Below are positions 52,592 through 64,000 of a DNA stretch of 64,000 nucleotides, piece by piece. Each line of letters starts with the position of its first letter. Positions within the stretch are counted from its first letter, which is position 1. The position numbers and the translations under genes were made by a program. Location of the stretch: NCBI GenBank assembly GCA_009914755.4, contig CP068257.2, positions 17,600,001-17,664,000 of the forward strand, given 5' to 3'. Source of the DNA: the human T2T-CHM13v2.0 reference genome, Homo sapiens. The notes beneath the pieces are model-generated. The model was not told where the DNA came from. It searched no databases and saw only the letters and a program-made list of their open reading frames with translations.

Positions 52592-55500
52592 TTGATTTTC
52601 TTCACATCCAAGGACAAATATAGCAGATCAGCAGATCATATGGCTACATTCTGCTTCGCAAAGGTGTGCAGTAAACTCACGATCCCTTGATCCTTAGAAA
52701 GTTTGGCAGCATTTTTTTTTTCAGTCCCATTTCAAGACCACAAAGTCTGGTTTCAGTTGATAATACAGGATCAGGCCGTTGTCTCTTTAGGCTTATTTTT
52801 ATTCCCCTTTATCCATGTCTTGCTTTAGAAACTGTAATCTAGCACATACCAATATTCAGTTTTCCACAATCTCTGCCACTATGTGTTTCTATTCCATTTG
52901 TGGAGCACAGAAATATTTGTATTGCTTCAGAGCTCATCAATATTTGTTTAGTTGTTCTTTCTGTTTATCTAACAGTGTTATTTGTTTGGTGGGAAAGGTG
53001 CAACCAGATGTGAATTATTTGTACCACAATGACAAGAAGTTCGTGAATCGAGTTTACATATTTATACATCTATGCTGGCTGGAGATTTACATGTGAATAT
53101 TCTTAATGACTATATACTCTACGCATATTGCCAGTTGCCTTCACAGTAACTTCGTTTGAATGTCACAAGTGCATATTCAAGTTAAAAACATACAAATCAG
53201 AACTCTTCCCAATCTTCTCCATTGCAATAAATAAAATAGCTCCACGTTCTTGCAAACTCAAGCAAATAAACTGTCCTAGACTCCTTTGCTTCACATCAGC
53301 TCCATCAAATGTAATACCTAGTTCTCATCATTCTTCATCTCCGTTGCTATTTTGTGAAACTAAATATTCACTACCCACTTACACTTAATCTTGTCACCAT
53401 ATTTATTCCCTTCACAGCATTTATCACACCCTGAAGGGGGTTTGTTAATATATTTTTGTTAATGACATCATTTACCTATTGAACACTGATTGTCTTCCTG
53501 TTCACAGAGCTTTTCCGAATTCATTATAAGAACTCAGCAAATCTTGGGTAAACCAGTAAAAAACATCCATCAGTATTAGATGGCTACATTACGCATTACC
53601 AGAAGTCAGGATTTCTGGTAACATAGCCCGCTTTCGTTTCTCAACAATGTACATTATAAAAAAGATGTAGGCAAATGTTTAATTTTACTTTCAAACTTTT
53701 ATTTAATTTATACTGGGTTTCATATATAAAAGAAAAATAAAAACCATTTTTCATTGCTATTTCATATAAATTGAAACTATGGAAAATGTAATTCCTTGAT
53801 AATGTGGTTTATTCCCTGAAATATAATATTTAATTATGTAAGTTTGCATCAGATACAACCTGTCTACACTCTGACTTTTCTGAAATATTAAAATATGCCA
53901 ACCCAAATATGATATTCTCCTGAAAGTGTTTACTTGAGAGACTTTATTTTCATAGTAAGACAACAACTTTTGTTTGGAGTGCATTTCCTATTCTCATTCC
54001 CCTTAAATATAAATGGGCTTAATGCCCCAATTAAAAGACACATGGCAAGCTGGATAGAGTCAAGACCCATCAATGTGCTGTATTCAAGAGACCCAACTCA
54101 TGTGCAAAGACACACACAGGCTCAAAATATAGGGATGCAGGAAAGTGTATCAAGCAAATGGAAAGCAGAAAAAAGCAGAGGTCGTCATCCTAGTTTCTGG
54201 CAAAACAGATTTTAAACCAATGAAGATTAAACAAGAAAAAGAAGGACATTACATAATGGTAAGAGGTTCAATTCAACAAGAAGAGCTAACTATCCTAAAT
54301 ATATATATCCCCAATACAGGAGGACCCAGATTCATAAGGAGGACCCAGATTCATAAAACAAACTCTTACAGACCTGCAAAGAGACTGAGACTTCCAAACA
54401 ATAATAGTCGGTGACTTTAACATCCCACTGTCAATATTAGACAGAATATTAGCAAGATATTCTGGAGGCCTGAACTCAGCTCTGCATCAAGTGGACCTGA
54501 TAGGTATCTACAGAACTCTCCACCCAAAAACAACAGAATATACATTCTTCTTGGCACCACATGACACTTATTCTAAAACTGACCACATAATTGGAAGTAA
54601 AAACACTCAGCAAATGCAAAAGAACTGAAATCATAACAAACAGCCTCTCAGACCACAGCACAGTTAAACTAGAACTCAAGGTTAAGAAACTCACTCAAAA
54701 CCACACAATCACATGATAATTTAACAACCTGCTCCTGAATGACTCCTGAGTATATAGTGAAATTAAGGCAAAAATCAGGAAGTTCTTTGAAACTAATGAG
54801 AACAAAGAATCTCTGGGATGCAACTAAAGTAGTGTTAAGAGGAAAATTTATAGCACTAAATCCCTATATAAAAAAGCTAGAAAGATCTCAAATCAACCTC
54901 CTAACACCACAACTAAAAGAGCTAGAGAACCAAGAGCAAACAAACCCCCAAACTAGCAGAAGACAAGAAAAAGACAAGCTCCAAGCTGAACTGAAGAAGA
55001 TAGAGACATGAAAAACTCTTCAAAAAATCAATGAATCCAGGAGCTGGTTTCTTGAAAAAAATAATAAAATAGACCACTAGATAGATTAATAAAGAAGAAA
55101 AAAGGGATAAATCAAATAGACAAAAAATGATAAAGGGGATATGACCACTGACCCCACAGAAATACAAACCATTAAATAATACTATAAACATCTCTATGCA
55201 AATAAACTAGAAAATCTAAAAGAAATGGATAAATTCCTAGACATATACACACTCCCAAGCCTGAATCAGGAAGAAGTTGAATCACTGAATAGACTAATAA
55301 CAAGTTTTGAAATAATAAATAGCCTACCAACCAAAATAAGCCCAGGGCCAGATGGATTTAGAGGTAAATTCTACCAGAGGTACAAAGAGGAGCTAGTACT
55401 ATTTCTTCTGAAACTATTCCAAACAACTGAAAAGGCGGGACTCCTCCTTAACTCATTTTATGAGGCCAGTATCATCCTCATGCCAAAACCTGGCAGAGAT

Positions 55501-55535
55501 ACAACAACAACAACAACAACAACAACAACGACAAC
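55501..55535. repeat. (CAA)n microsatellite inside L1 ORF2
   Basis: acaacaacaacaacaacaacaacaacaacgacaac expands the short Thr/Lys-rich linker (DTTKKENF) to a poly-Thr run in the ORF2 frame. Confidence 0.9.
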
Positions 55536-57536
55536 AAAGAAAACTTTAGGCCAATATCACTGATGAACATTGGTTTAAAAATCCTCAATAAAATACTGAC
55601 AAACAGAATCCACCAGCACAACAAAAAACTTACTCACCTTGATAAAGTCAGCTCCATCCCCAGGATGCAAAGCTGGTTCAATGTACACAAATCAATAAAT
55701 GTAATTTATCACATAAACAAAACTAAAGACAAAAACCACATGATTACCTCAACAGATGCAGAAAAGGCCTTGGATAAAATTCCACATCTTTTCGTGTGAA
55801 AAACTCTCAATAAACTAGATATTGAGGACATATACCTCAAAATAATAAGAGCCATTTATGAAAAACCTACAGCCAATATCATGTTGAATAGGCAAAAGCT
55901 GGAGGCATTACCCTTGAAAATCAGCACAAAACAAAGATGCCTTCTCTCACCACTCCTATTCAACATAGTATTCAAAGTTCAGGCCAGGGCAATCAGGCAA
56001 GAGAAAGAAATAAAGGGTATTCACATAGGAAGAGAAGAAGTCAAACTGTCTTTGTTTGCAGATGACATGATCCTATAATCAATGTGCAAAAATCACAAGC
56101 ATTCCTATACACCAACAACATATAAGCAGAGAGCCAAATCATGAAGGAACTCCCATTCACAATTTCTATAAAGAGAATAAAATACCTAGGAATACACTTA
56201 ACAAGTGAAGTAGAGGACCTCTTCAGGTAGAACTACAAACCACTCCTCAAAGAAATCAGAGAGGAAGGAATAAAAGGAAAAAAACCCCATTCCCACGGAG
56301 AGAAAGAATCGATATCATGAAAATGGCCATATTGCCCAGAGTAATTTGTAGATTCAATGCTATTCCCATCAAACTACCATTGACATTCTTTACAGAATAT
56401 GGAACCAAAAAATAGCTTGTATACCAAAGACACTCCTAAGCAAAAAGAACAAAGCTGGAACCATCACGCTACCCAACTTCGAACTATACTACAAAGCTAC
56501 AGCACCCAAAACAACATGGTACTTGTACAAAAACTGACACAGACCAATTGAACACAGTAAAGAATTTAGAAATAAGACTGCACATCTAAAACAATCTGAT
56601 CTTGGACAAACCTGACAACAACAAGCAATGGGGAAAAATTCCCTATTTGATAAATGGTGATAGAACTGGCTAGCCATATGCACAAAATTTAAACTGGACT
56701 CCTTCCTTACACCTTATACAAAAATTAACTCAAGATGGACTAAAAACATAAATGTCAAACCCAAAACTATAAAAAACCCTAGAAGAAAATATAGATAATA
56801 CCATTCAGCCACAGGCAAAAATTTCATGACAAAAACATCAAGACCAACTGCAACGAAAGCAATAATTTACAAATTGGGTCTAATTAAACTTAAGAGCTTC
56901 TGCAGAGCAAAATAAACTATCATCAGAGTGAACAGACAACCTACAGAATGGTATAAAATGTCTGCACCCTATCTATCTGACAAAGGTCTAATATACAGAG
57001 TCTACAAGGAACTTAAACACATTTACAAGAAAAAAAAATCCCATTAAAAACTGGGCAAAAGATATGAACAGACACTTCTCAAAAGAAGACATTTATGTGG
57101 GCAAGAAACATATGAAGAAAAGTTCAACATCAGTCTTCATTAGAGAAATGTAAATCAAAACTACAATGAGATACTATCTCACATCAGTCAGAATGGCGAT
57201 CATTAAAAAGTCTGGAAACAACAGATGCTGGCAAGGCTGTGGAGAGTTAGGAATGCTTTTACGCTGTTGGTGGGACTGTAAATTAGTTCAACCATTGTGG
57301 AAGATAGTTTGGCGATTCCTCAAAGACCTAGAACCAGATATACTATTTGACCCAGCAATCATATTACTGGGTATAAACCCAAAAGAATATAAATCTTTCT
57401 ATTATGAAGACACATGCATGTGTATGTTCATTGCAGCACTATTCATAATAGCAAAGACATGGAATCAACCGAAATGTCCATCAGTCATAGACTGGATAAA
57501 GAAAATGTAGTACATATACACCATGGGATACTATGC

Positions 57537-57612
57537 ACACATCAGAAGTGTCTGATTTCAATTATGGAACATGAACATTACATAGTGAGCCCAGGACTTC
57601 TTGTTGTACCAG
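57537..57612 (+). other. About 75-bp non-L1 insert interrupting the L1 ORF2 3' region (copy 1 of a duplicated roughly 68-bp unit)
   Basis: L1 sequence ...ccatgggatactatgca | cacatcagaagtgtctgatttcaattatggaacatgaacattacatagtgagcccaggacttcttgttgtaccag | aatgagataatgtcctttgcagggacatgg... The L1 consensus is co-linear on both sides. Confidence 0.7.
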
Positions 57613-58885
57613 AATGAGATAATGTCCTTTGCAGGGACATGGACGGAACTGCAAGTCATTATCCTCAGCAAACCAATGCAAGAACAGAAAACCAAACACC
57701 ACATGTTCTCATTCATAAGTAGGAGCTGAACAATGAGAACACATGGACCCAGGGAGGGGAACATCACACACTGGGGCCTGTAAGCAGAAGGGAGTTCTTG
57801 GGGGGAAAGAGAACATCAGGAAAAATAGCTAATGTGTAGGGGGCTTAATACTTAGGTGAGGGGTCAACAGGTGTAGCAAACCACCATGGCACATGTATAC
57901 CTATGTAACAAACCTGCACATTCTGCACATGTACCCCGAAGCTTAAAATAAAATAAAAATTTTTAAAAAATAGTTTCAGAAAATTATTGTAAAAACACTT
58001 AGTAACAAATCAATACAATTTGTGTTTATGTATTATCAATAACAATTTTTTAAAGTTTACATACTACATCTCAATTCAATAGACTTGGGAATTTTTTAGA
58101 TCACAGTAATATTTAAATAGATTTTAATCTGCTGAATACTTCTGTTTCTTTTCCTGTAAAACAGGAAAATGCTCAGCAGCTGGGATTCTTAAGACTACAT
58201 ATAAGTGATGTATAGAAGTACAGTGCCTAGCAAATATATGTTCTTGAAAGTCTTTGCTATACTCACAAATTTCTCCTCAAGTTTTTAGTTTATCGTTTAT
58301 CACTCAATTGATACCTCATATCTAAGAACTAGTTCAGACGTAGGCCATAAATATTAACCTATGAATTCAAGGCTAGTTATTAATCAGATTTTTTAACCTT
58401 TTATGTTACACGTGGTTTCTGTTTGAATAACAGATTGTGTTTTACTCTTGAAATGAAGTAACATAAATCTTGAAAGCTAGTTGTGAATTGTTTATGAGGT
58501 GCAATGTAACTAAAAAAATGAATTTCAGCTTTTCCTTGTGCTTATAGATATTTAAATACAAAATGATTAGAGATAGATAATGTAAATGTAATCATCACAG
58601 ATGATTACATTACAATACAAAATGTACCTTTCTTACATAAAAATTTTAAGTAGTAGACATGCTAGAAAATGCTGATAAAAAGTCAAAACTTAAATATCAC
58701 CCATCAGCTCATTTTCATACTCCAAATCTTTGACCAGATCTATGTGTCTGTGTTTGTGTATATATCTGCATGTCTGTATAATTTTACCTGTAGTCTGTCC
58801 ACCTAGTGAACAATGAGCAGGCACTCAGACTGGCCGGAATTTGGCTTTCATACTCCTATATGAAAATAAACCAGGGCTCTCTGGG

Positions 58886-58968
58886 GAAGTGGCTGATTTC
58901 AGTTGTGGACATGAATGTCACATAGTGAGCCCAGGACTTCTTGTTGTACCAGGAAAAAAAAAAAAAAA
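58886..58968 (+). other. Copy 2 of the roughly 68-bp unit, followed directly by A15 (poly(A)-tailed retro-copy-like)
   Basis: gaagtggctgatttcagttgtggacatgaatgtcacatagtgagcccaggacttcttgttgtaccagg + aaaaaaaaaaaaaaa. It is about 90% identical to 57545-57612, and both copies end at the same ...ttgttgtaccag position. Confidence 0.65.
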
Positions 58969-61957
58969 CCACTTTGCTATCAATATTTTTGTGTAAAGAC
59001 ACAAGAAGTAGCTTAAAGAAATACGCACTCATCAAATCTGGGAATATCGGCACATAAACAGTTGCTTTAAAAAACATACCAGCAAAATAAATAAGTGAAT
59101 GTAAAAGTTTAACTTTAATTTTTTTCATTATTCTTGATATTGTAATTCTGAAACAACCCCCATTTTATCTATAACCTATACTTTAATTTTTCACAAAATT
59201 ATTTTATAAATAGAAAAAAGTTTCAGAAAACTATTGCAGAAGATTTGTAACAACTCAATACTATTAATTTCTGTTTATGTATCATCAAAAATACACTTTA
59301 AAAAATTCACTTATTAAATCTCAAGTAAATCAATAACTCTCCAATAATCTTAATAAGTGTCAAATAATAGTTCTATGCCAATAATGTAAAATAAATAGTA
59401 TTAATTTCTAAAATTCATCAAATGTTTCAAATAAATATTAAAAACTTTATTTTAAAATATGCTTTATTTTACCCAGTTTGCTTTTCACTCTTCTATAATT
59501 TTGTAAATGAAAACTAAAACTTAGAAAATGTATATGCATAGCAGAAAATTACCTTGTTAAATATACATGTTTTAATATACTTGTGCCTGTATTATAACTT
59601 GCAGCTTTTCTCTATCTTTGAAGTGCCATATGTAATGAAAAACTAAGATTCTTCTTTTACATTTTTAGATCCATAATTGTGTAACATTTACGTATTCTTT
59701 TGGATTAGTGTCTCTATTTGTGTTAACAATAATACTCAATATTAAAATCTTTCAAGGTTTTTAGTTATTAAAATAAATCACAGTATTTCCAGAATTTTTT
59801 GTCAGCTATAAAAATATAAAATTCACAATGTTTTCTTCAAAAACTTTTATTAGCTTGAGTGTAAAAGCAGTCTTCAAGTTCTGGCCAGCTAAATTCTAAA
59901 GGTCAGAAGTTCCTTTGAATGCAATATGATTGCAACATTAAATATTCTAACATATTCTATGCTGTGATTCAATGAATATTTTGGATCAACATTTGAAAGT
60001 GGAAATCTTTTCAGGCAGATATCTCTGATTATGGCTGTTCTATATTTATTTTTTGAATATTTAGCATTCATAATTTTATGGAGAATAATTTTTTTGAAAG
60101 TCATTATTAATATATGTAACAAATATTATTTGTGCATATGATTACCTTGGAAGTTGGCATTGGAAAAGGAAGAAAAATCAAAATAAAAAAAGGAAATTAA
60201 TAGTTGCTGTGAGTTAGGTATTGTTTGGATATTATGAGCAAAACAAGTCCCTTCCTTTTTGCCTTATCCAGGGAATGTTAGGAAACCAATTTAGTTTGCC
60301 ATGGATGTTAAGGCAAAAGAATAGAAGAGGATCCATGCACTTAAGCTTAGCTAAATGACAGTGTAAGTGTGAAAAATCACATAAGATGATGAAATAATTC
60401 TATAATACTCAAACCAGGAGTAGATCAATAACCTAAAAAAATTATTTTTTAAAAAAGCAAAAGTTTTTATAGTTACCTCAGCATTCCCTCAGCATGAGAT
60501 AAGCACATCTTTTAGATTATACTTTGCCATACTTTCTTTGGGAATTTCATAATATTTCATTTTTATTTGAAAGAGAAATGGGTTGTAATATTTAAAATGC
60601 TGTGGGAGACGAAAAAACATTCATGTTTTCATAATCTCTTCTGGGCATTTTTACTCAATTTCGTTGACAATTTTGCAATTACAAAGTTGGTCAACTTATA
60701 AATGGAAGCAAGTTTTATTATATAATCAGTATTGTATTTTTAACGGATGTTATTTTAGGAAAGCAAAGCATAAACAGTGACCTCTATTTTATAATTAAAT
60801 GTTTATACAATAATATATAATGCCTCTATTTAAAATTTTGCAAAAAACTCAGTGGAAATTCTTGTTAATATAAAGAATTACCTTTTATTCTGTGTTCTAA
60901 CATATTAATCCCTAGAATCAGAATCAACCCTGAAAGAGAGGTCATGATTTGTATTCTCTGCAGTTCCCAATAAGAGGAAATAAATAGTATTACTCAACTA
61001 TGCTAACAGAGACATACAAATTTACTTAATTCCCCTGACACACAATGGCTTTCTAAGTGTGCTTTCTCATTAGTGTCTGAATCATTAAATAGGTTCAAAG
61101 TGCAGGATTTAATTAATTTACAATTCTTAAAATGACAAATTGTTGAATATCCATGGTTACATAAACTATCATGTGGAAGTTCTAAAGAGGTTAATTTCTT
61201 CATTATGAAAAAGGTCATTAGTTTTTTCTTTTGCATTTTTTTCTCTCACAGAACTGTAACTAGTCCGAGAAAGTTAGAGGATGGAAAAGAGTAGAATGGT
61301 GCAAGAAATTATAGGAACTAAGATTAGAAAAAGAGTCAAGGAATTCTTAATGGAGCTTTTATATACTATGCTACAAAAATTGAGTTTATTCTGGAAATAA
61401 TGACGATGCATCAAAAGGTTGAAAGTGGTTGGAGGATAAATTGGATGGAACATAAAAATATTTTTTAATTGGAAAATATGAAAATGAGGAGAATCATAAG
61501 GAGGGATTCCAGGCAAGGAAAGGTGAGTACCTGAACCAAAATGGTACCTGTGAAAACGTTTGTAGTAGAGTTAAACTGGACCTGCATGTAATATTAAGAT
61601 GATCATGGCCAGTAAGAATTACTTTTGTGATGCCACAGTGGCAGACATGAATTTAAGGACTGTCACTGGATTGATTTGTAATGGGATACTAGGACCATAT
61701 GACCATAAATTATACACAGTGAGCAGAGAAGAAGAGTTATTGAGGAAAACTGATGTGATAAGCATGGCAGACACACCAGAATCCAGAAAGGGAAAGTCTT
61801 TTTGAGACGTAATTCAATGACTTTGTGTTAGTTGAGCCAATTTTAAAGTTTTAAGGATGGAATGATCCACAGATTCAAATACGACCATTTCAAGTAAGGA
61901 ATGTACTGAATCCTGAAAATCACTGAGGTTATGAATAATTGTAGCAAAGATTTTCAT

Positions 61958-62118
61958 CCTTCCTTTCCCCTCCCCTCCCTTCCTCTTTCTTCCTTCCTTT
62001 CTCTTTTCTTTTCTTTTCTTTTTCTTTTTCTTCCTTCCTTCCTTCCTTTTCTTTCTTTCTTTTTCTTTCCTTCTTTCTTTCTCTCTTTCTTTTACTTTTT
62101 CTTTTTTCTTCCCTTTGT
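61958..62118. repeat. Long polypyrimidine (CTTT/CCTT-rich) tract, about 160 bp, almost purine-free
   Basis: ccttcctttcccctcccctcccttcctctttcttccttcctttctcttttcttttcttttctttttctttttcttccttccttccttccttttctttctttctttttctttccttctttctttctctctttcttttactttttcttttttcttccctttg. The minus-strand ORF 61814-62122 (poly-K/E/R) is its mirror image. Confidence 0.9.
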
Positions 62119-62270
62119 TCATTGTTAAATTCCTATCTGCTCTTCTTATATTAATCCTTCTTTCTAGTTGTTAAATGTTCTGTTATCTTGCTTGTTGGGT
62201 TTTCTATATACATTCATTAGTTGGCCTTTCCTCTTCATACCTACTTTCCTCTTTCTTTTCTCCTTACTTG

Positions 62271-62340
62271 AAAAAATATATATACATATATATATAATTT
62301 ATACATTTATTTATATATATTTACATATATATATAAAGGA
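62271..62340. repeat. AT-rich (TATA/TACA/TTTA) low-complexity repeat
   Basis: aaaaaatatatatacatatatatataatttatacatttatttatatatatttacatatatatataaagg. Confidence 0.8.
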
Positions 62341-64000
62341 CTTTTTTTGCTGATGTAGAAATTTAACAGTACTTTTCATTCAAGTTTTCTTAAATAATTT
62401 GTGTTTCATATTTGTATTTAAAAAACAACTCTGGTATAGCTTCTTACATCATTTTGAAGTGGTTTTTATTGTTAGTGTGAAGACAATTTATCTACCAAGA
62501 GACAGAAAGTATTTTCTTTAAAAAACAATAGTAAATTTATAATTTTAAAAACTATACATTTAGGAAATAAAATGTAAATTCTATTCAACCTTAGCCACAA
62601 TTAGAAATATAGCTTCTTCAACAAAAGAATAGAAGAGCGCAAATGCAAATAATTCTGAACTTATTTAATCTTTTTTGGCCTTAAAGAAAGCATTGGAAAA
62701 TGTATATTTATTGTCTATGTTCTTCTATCACTTAATGTTTTACAAGATGAATTTCTGAAGCTACCTGGAAATAAAGTGCAAGTAACAATAACAGGCTTTG
62801 TAACCTGCATAGACAGAATACTTTTTTAAAAAAGAATTCCAGGTAGGAACCGTTTTTAAAGATAAATCTCAACAGGCAGAATTGTTTGCAATTAGTCCCT
62901 TTAAAAATATTCCTTTCAAAATTTAAAACTTAAATCAAGAGTGAAGTTATCATAAAACTGCTATAAAGAGGGATTTTTCCCAACGTCTGTTACTGCTTCT
63001 TCATTTCTTGCAGCTTGTATCCAATGCATGTTGCTGACATTATGCTCTGCAGATTCTCATTACACCAAGTTCTTCTGTGTTCATCTGCTTCCTCAAGGCC
63101 ATTATCCATTACATCTGTCTCAGCTCAGCTGATGCTCTGGCAGTGGTTCTCTGCGTTGAGCATTGCTGCCACACACCTTTGGTCTTTAAACCTGAACTGG
63201 AATGAAGCTTAAACTGAAATGTAGAGGGCAAATGGTGTGCAAAACAAACTTTAAGTAGTAGTGATTAATCTTTCCAATGAATTTTTCTGTTTTTAGCCCA
63301 TTAATTTTCAATAAACATTAATGAAGTACTTATCATGTATTAGCCACTATGTTACCTCCAAAAATAAAGATGATAGATAAACGATATTTGGTTTCGGCAC
63401 TCATTTAATATCATTTTGTGTGTATATGTATGGGTAGACAAACTAATAACATTATGACATGGATAATCACATGATCACTAGAAGCTATGTAGTGTGTGAG
63501 CCCAAAGGACTGCAAGTAAAAGGTGGTAATGAATATGCACTTTCTCATCCCCCCAATAACATCACTAACACCCAAATCCAACCTCTGGGGAGTTAGATCC
63601 ATGAAGGCAAGGATGCTTTGATTTTACAATGGTTCTACTCCCGGGTCCCTAAAATTACCAAGCACTGAACAAATATGTGTTGAATTAATGAAAGAATTAG
63701 ATTTGAACAAAATTTATATTCTCAGTAAACTCAAACTCCTTATTAAAAGACTCTTAACAAAAACAAACAAAACTATGAGCACTTGCATAATTCTCAGAAA
63801 TACTATTTGTTTCCAAAAGCTTAAACTTCTAAATAAAAAATGTATAGAAAGAAAACACTGCGTAAAAAATAATTTTTTGAATTAAACAAATTTTAAAACT
63901 TGTAGACTTCGCATTTATTAAGATTTTATCCAAAGATTGCTGAGTTTTAAAAGGCTGTTTCATGTGCTTTTCTGCCTTAACTCTTTCCTTTACAACAAAT

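Larger units (their letters stand above)
53960..57957 (+). mobile_element. L1 (older L1PA/L1PB-like), 5'-truncated at about the ORF2 start, about 4 kb; ORF2 fragmented by frameshifts/stops; 3'UTR and A-rich tail present
   Basis: + frames give ...LNINGLNAPIKRHMASWIESRPINVLYSRDPTHVQRHTQAQNIGMQESVSSKWKAEKSRG / YQANGKQKKAEVVILVSGKTDFKPMKIKQEKEGHYIMVRGSIQQEELTILNIYIPNTGGPRFI (EN) ... [54 protein letters not shown] ... [64 protein letters not shown] (RT) ... MRYYLTSVRMAIIKKSGNNRCWQGCGELGMLLRCWWDCKLVQPLWKIVWRFLKDLEPDILFDPAIILLGINPKEYKSFYYEDTCMCMFIAALFIIAKTWNQPKCPSVIDWIKKM (C-terminal domain), followed by the canonical 3' end ...aaccaccatggcacatgtatacctatgtaacaaacctgcacattctgcacatgtaccccgaagcttaaaataaaataaaaatttttaaaaaat. 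Confidence 0.93.

Noticed and set aside
54145-57510. ORFs 54145-54414, 54739-55011, 55225-55563, 55881-56078 and 57166-57510 as independent genes (endonuclease, reverse transcriptase)
   Set aside because: They are consecutive pieces of a single decayed L1 ORF2 (EN, RT and C-terminal domains) separated by frameshifts and stops. They belong to the mobile-element call, not to cellular genes. The same holds for ORFs 9463-9657, 9782-10054, 10014-10316, 10307-10543, 10580-10882 and 11143-11343 in the other L1 pair.
61814-62128. Lys/Glu/Arg-rich 102-aa ORF (minus) and Ser/Phe/Leu-rich ORF (plus), superficially like a highly charged nuclear protein
   Set aside because: Both are translations of a 160-bp polypyrimidine/polypurine low-complexity tract. 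There is no start or stop context and no coding signal.

Overview
This window is primate (human-like) nuclear DNA, not prokaryotic. It is AT-rich intergenic sequence of the gene-desert kind, densely populated with interspersed repeats.

Repeats present: at least 9 Alu SINEs (several with clear target-site duplications, TSDs), multiple L1 LINE fragments, five MaLR/THE1-type solo LTRs, a Tigger-like DNA-transposon remnant with intact terminal inverted repeats (TIRs), a MIR fragment, microsatellites, polypyrimidine tracts and AT-rich low-complexity blocks. The L1 content includes a ~4-kb 5'-truncated L1PA/PB copy with a decayed ORF2, and a head-to-head pair of L1 segments whose geometry fits a twin-priming 5' inversion.

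The only gene-derived feature is an intronless, multiply disabled copy of the taurine transporter SLC6A6 at 4184-6022 on the + strand. This is a processed pseudogene, consistent with SLC6A6P1 on chr21q21. It also forms the only GC/CpG-rich island in the window.

I can support no intact protein-coding gene, rRNA or tRNA gene, CRISPR array, operon or prokaryote-style defence system. All six-frame ORFs are 141 aa or shorter and lie inside repeats, the pseudogene, or low-complexity DNA. The hunt therefore turns up structural and evolutionary curiosities, not an undescribed biological system:
- a possible twin-primed L1;
- an element resembling the conserved core of teleost V-SINE/DANA-type SINEs;
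- a ~68-bp poly(A)-tailed unit present twice, once interrupting an L1 ORF2;
- a CpG-dense pseudogene;
- local tandem duplications.

Repeat boundaries are estimated by eye against remembered consensus sequences and may be off by tens of bp.
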